Positions 28,700 through 32,000 of a stretch of 32,000 nucleotides of DNA are shown in pieces. A program made the translations under genes and the position numbers. Every line of letters begins with the position of its first letter. Positions within the stretch are counted from its first letter, which is position 1. The notes beneath the pieces are model-generated. The model was not told the DNA's origin. It did no database searches and saw nothing but the letters and a program-made list of their open reading frames with translations. Origin of the DNA: Promethearchaeum syntrophicum (GTDB taxonomy: Archaea > Asgardarchaeota > Lokiarchaeia > Sigyniarchaeales > Promethearchaeaceae); NCBI RefSeq assembly GCF_008000775.2, contig NZ_CP042905.2, forward strand, positions 2,370,001 to 2,402,000. The letters are read 5' to 3'.

Positions 28700-30214
28700 A
28701 TGTTATTTACAGAAATGGATATTAATCCTCAAATTATACAAGCCTTGGAAGAGAATCAAATTATGTCTCCTACCGAAATTCAGGAGAAAAGTATTCCTCA
28801 TGGGCTTTCAATGCAAAAATCCCATGTTATTGGCCAAGCCAAAACTGGTTCCGGAAAAACACTCGCTTTTGCTATTCCTATTATCGAAAAAATAAATCCA
28901 AACAATAGAAATATACAAGCACTAGTTATCGTTCCAACTCGAGAATTATGTAAACAAAATGCAGTAGTTTTTCGTTCTATTACGAAATACAAGAAAATAA
29001 AGATTGTTGAAGTGTATGGTGGAGCTTCAATACGTTCTCAAATTGAGCAAATTCAAAGTGGTGGACAAGTTATAATTGCTACCCCAGGACGGTTAAACGA
29101 TTTAATTAGACGACGAATAATTAAGTTTAAGAGTGTTAATTTTGTCGCTTTAGATGAAGCCGATCGAATGCTTGATATGGGATTTCTTCCAGATATTGAG
29201 TTTGTGTTATTAGACGCAATGAGAAATATATCTCCTCGCTTATTTCTTTTTTCAGCAACATTATTTGACGAAATCAAAAAAGTTATTTACAAATTTACTA
29301 AAAAAGATGTTATTCATGAAATTGACGTTAGTAAAGATTCCTTAACCGTAGATAATTGTGATCAATACGCATATTATGTGAAGAATAACAAATTTTGGAA
29401 TTTTATTAAAATTTTAAATGACGAGCGACCAGCTTTTTCACTCATTTTTACTAAAACTAAACGAAATGCAGAAAAACTCTGTAATAGATTGAATAAAGCG
29501 AATGAGCTGAATTTTAATCTTAAAGTAGGATTTATTAACGGAGATTTATCACAAGCAAAACGTGAAAAAACTGTCTCTATGTTCCGTAATAAACAACTAT
29601 CTTGTTTAGTTGCAACAAATGTCCTTGCTCGAGGATTAGATTTTCCTAAAGTCACTCATGTATTTAATTATGATATGCCGCGTGATCCTGAAGATTATGT
29701 CCATCGTATTGGTCGGACTGCGAGGGTAGGAGGAGTAGAGAGAAATGTTGCTAGTGGTAAAGCTATTTCTATTGTTTCTGACGATCAGCGAGTTTTAATG
29801 AAAAAAATTGAAAAGCTCCTCAATAATAATATTGAAAAAAGGACAATACCAAATCTTTCAAATATGGAATTTGTTCCAGAAAAATACGATACGACTTTAA
29901 AGAAAAATGTAAAGCAAAAACAAAAAAGTAATCAAGGAAACAAACGTCAATTCGATAGGAAAAAGAAAAATCACAAGAATATTAAGAAAAATAGTAGTAA
30001 ACCAGAAGTTATTATTAAAATTGTACCAGAAAAACTCTCAACTAAATCAAATTCTTCACAAAAACTAAAAACACGAAGTCATTATACATCAAGTAAAACT
30101 TCAAATAATCAATTTGATAAGAAAAGAAGAAATCCTAAATTTAATAATAAGAAAAAGAAAAAGAAACAATTTTATTCAAAGAATCGACAGAAGATATCAT
30201 CTTCTGCGAAATAA
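28700..30214 (+). CDS. DEAD-box RNA helicase with long Lys-rich C-terminal tail
   Basis: AKTGSGKTLAF, PTRELC, TPGRLND, DEADRMLDMGF, SAT, ARGLDFPKVTHVFNYDMPRDPEDYVHRIGRTAR. Confidence 0.96.
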   Translation: MLFTEMDINPQIIQALEENQIMSPTEIQEKSIPHGLSMQKSHVIGQAKTGSGKTLAFAIPIIEKINPNNRNIQALVIVPTRELCKQNAVVFRSITKYKKIKIVEVYGGASIRSQIEQIQSGGQVIIATPGRLNDLIRRRIIKFKSVNFVALDEADRMLDMGFLPDIEFVLLDAMRNISPRLFLFSATLFDEIKKVIYKFTKKDVIHEIDVSKDSLTVDNCDQYAYYVKNNKFWNFIKILNDERPAFSLIFTKTKRNAEKLCNRLNKANELNFNLKVGFINGDLSQAKREKTVSMFRNKQLSCLVATNVLARGLDFPKVTHVFNYDMPRDPEDYVHRIGRTARVGGVERNVASGKAISIVSDDQRVLMKKIEKLLNNNIEKRTIPNLSNMEFVPEKYDTTLKKNVKQKQKSNQGNKRQFDRKKKNHKNIKKNSSKPEVIIKIVPEKLSTKSNSSQKLKTRSHYTSSKTSNNQFDKKRRNPKFNNKKKKKKQFYSKNRQKISSSAK

Positions 30215-30249
30215 TTTTTTTAGCTTTTCCTAAGATGTTTGAAAGCGTT

Positions 30250-32000
30250 TTAAGAAGATTGATCTCTTTTTCTTCTTTGCGAAACATAAAAGCGCGCTGC
30301 TTTATTTATATCATCATCATTTAAGCTTTTCTTGTTTAATCTGATTCTTAGTTGCTCAACAAATTTTCGACATAAAGTAATCGAAAGAGATTCGCCTAAA
30401 TTCCTGATTTCTTCCCCGAGTTTTTCCGCTTCAATTGAAATTGGAGTAATTTCCACTTTAGGTTGCAAAATGAAATCTCCTAACGGATTTTTCTCCACTT
30501 TACTTGAAACTGGCTTAATTTTTCTGATTTCCGCTTTGGTTTGAGCGCGTACACCTTTACTAATTAAGGGAGACCGTTCTAGCGTAAGTTTTTTCTCTCT
30601 TGTTTGACCAGATTTGTAATTTGATAAAGAACTTTCTAAAAATTTCTCTTTCATTTCAATCCGAGAAGAATCAGAGGTTCCATTCAATCTATCTATGTTA
30701 ATTGGTGCGATTTTATGTGTTTTTATTTCAAAATCTTTAATTGGCGCCCCAGGAGGCATTTCTTTAATTGAATTATCTTTCTTGGTTATCAAATCACTAA
30801 AAAATGGATTTTTTTGATCCAATTTAGAAAATGTGGGGTCATTTTTTCTTTTAATCGAATCAAGGTTAGAAACGGGCAATTTTTTAATCTTTGGGACCCC
30901 AATTTTATCTCCAGGTAATTGATTTACCCCTCTAAAATCTTTAAATTGGACTTTTTCAGGAGCTTTAAACATATCCTTTTCCAATTTTTTCTTATCTAAT
31001 TGTAATTGCAATTTTTCTTCTAATTCTTTAATTTTATTTTGAAATACTTCTAAATATGCAAATTCTTGATAAATTTCACAAATTCCTATCAATTCTCTTA
31101 GAAGTTCTATCCCTTCTGTATATTTTTCTTCTGCTACAAAATTATTCGCTTCTATAAGTTTTTTTCTAAATTCTTGGGGAAGGGATTCCTTTAAACCAAG
31201 TATTTTGGTAAAAATCATTGATAAATTTCCTAAAACATTTTGATCAATAAGATTTATATCAAAAATTTCTACATCCTTTAAATAAACATGCCTTTCCTTT
31301 AAAGCAGAAGAAGATACGAAATTTTGATTATCAGCATGGGTTAGTATAATCGCCCAATTACTATATTTTCCTTCTCTTCGCTTTAAATTGATGAAAAATT
31401 TGATTTTTTCATCATTAAAATTTGAACCATCAATAATAAAAAATATTACATCAGATCCTCTCGTAAAATTATTCCAAAGAGGGGAAAAATCATCTCTTGC
31501 TATGAAATCCCAGAGATCAAAGAAAATATTGCCCATCTTAATCTTGTAATAAAAAGCAAAATCCATAATTTTATGACCATGAGATTTATCTTCTTGATTC
31601 AATATATTTACAATCGTAGATTTACCAGATCCTACTGGTCCAATCATGGTTATTTTAGGATGTAGGTAATAATGAGTTTCTTTTATGAAAATCGTGAATT
31701 CCTCTTTTTCTGGGGAAATTTCTTTAATTTTCTTTGGGTCTGGGAAATTTTTAAGAAATAATTTTGAAGCTCTCTCCACTTCTTTGGCAATTAATTTAGG
31801 TCTATCAGCCATATCTGTTACAAATAAAAAGAAAACGCCATTAGCGTAAACGAAATGCGTTTGGAAATCAAGTAAAGATTTGTTAAGAATTTTTCCTTCA
31901 ACTGGATTCGTAATATAGGATAGAAGTCTCTTTTTTAGTACTATTTCCAAAGCTTCCTTATCAAAAGCTTTAGCGAAGAAATATTGGAATACAATTTCAT
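30250..32000 (-). CDS. Divergent Arf-like small GTPase with N-terminal longin/roadblock-like region and long charged C-terminal tail; 5' end truncated by the window edge
   Basis: P-loop GPVGSGKST, FFDLWDFIARDDFSPLWNNFTRGSDVIFFIIDGSN (Arf-like WDxxG...LW...I.FVVD layout), THAD in the NKxD position; the frame remains open upstream of the listed TTG (31950) as EIVFQYFFAKAFDKEALEIVLKKRL. Confidence 0.75.
   Translation of the reverse strand, partial: EIVFQYFFAKAFDKEALEIVLKKRLLSYITNPVEGKILNKSLLDFQTHFVYANGVFFLFVTDMADRPKLIAKEVERASKLFLKNFPDPKKIKEISPEKEEFTIFIKETHYYLHPKITMIGPVGSGKSTIVNILNQEDKSHGHKIMDFAFYYKIKMGNIFFDLWDFIARDDFSPLWNNFTRGSDVIFFIIDGSNFNDEKIKFFINLKRREGKYSNWAIILTHADNQNFVSSSALKERHVYLKDVEIFDINLIDQNVLGNLSMIFTKILGLKESLPQEFRKKLIEANNFVAEEKYTEGIELLRELIGICEIYQEFAYLEVFQNKIKELEEKLQLQLDKKKLEKDMFKAPEKVQFKDFRGVNQLPGDKIGVPKIKKLPVSNLDSIKRKNDPTFSKLDQKNPFFSDLITKKDNSIKEMPPGAPIKDFEIKTHKIAPINIDRLNGTSDSSRIEMKEKFLESSLSNYKSGQTREKKLTLERSPLISKGVRAQTKAEIRKIKPVSSKVEKNPLGDFILQPKVEITPISIEAEKLGEEIRNLGESLSITLCRKFVEQLRIRLNKKSLNDDDINKAARFYVSQRRKRDQSS

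Noticed and set aside
27751-30544. ORFs 27751..27966, 28245..28433, 28798..28992, 29053..29277, 29374..29655 and 30332..30544
   Set aside because: All are antisense to well-supported U32, DEAD-box or GTPase genes.
1-32000. CRISPR arrays, transposases, tRNA or rRNA genes, BMC shell genes
   Set aside because: None was recognised by eye; tRNAscan-SE and Infernal would be needed to exclude intron-containing or divergent tRNAs.

Overview
This is a low-GC, archaeal-looking window. An Asgard/Promethearchaeota source is an inference from the Arf-like GTPase, the low GC and the gene content; I ran no taxonomic test. Most genes are ordinary chromosomal genes. They include a GNAT acetyltransferase, an M23-fold protein, a secreted M6-like zinc metalloprotease, a YdjM-like membrane protein, a beta-helix/FN3 surface protein, kynureninase, a DHH/RecJ-like phosphoesterase, a beta-propeller surface protein, a U32 peptidase-family protein, a DEAD-box helicase and a divergent Arf-like GTPase that runs off the right edge. 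The best candidate system is at about 13.5-18.8 kb. It has a glycyl radical enzyme, its activating radical-SAM protein and a PNPOx-like flavoprotein, with a divergent TetR-family regulator. The shared intergenic region carries a perfect 20-bp palindrome (18035..18054) and an 8-6-8 inverted repeat (18097..18118). Other notable points are: (a) a truncated TetR C-terminal paralogue on the far side of the propeller gene; (b) a 12-TM-like plus EEP nuclease-fold protein resembling eukaryotic Cwh43/PGAP2IP; (c) an unlisted 94-codon ORF behind a strong GGAGGGGG with no canonical start; (d) a gene remnant with two in-frame stops; (e) a 16-cysteine cluster fused to a membrane hairpin; (f) a potentially structured 373-nt intergenic region. 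No tRNA, rRNA, CRISPR array or transposase was recognised.
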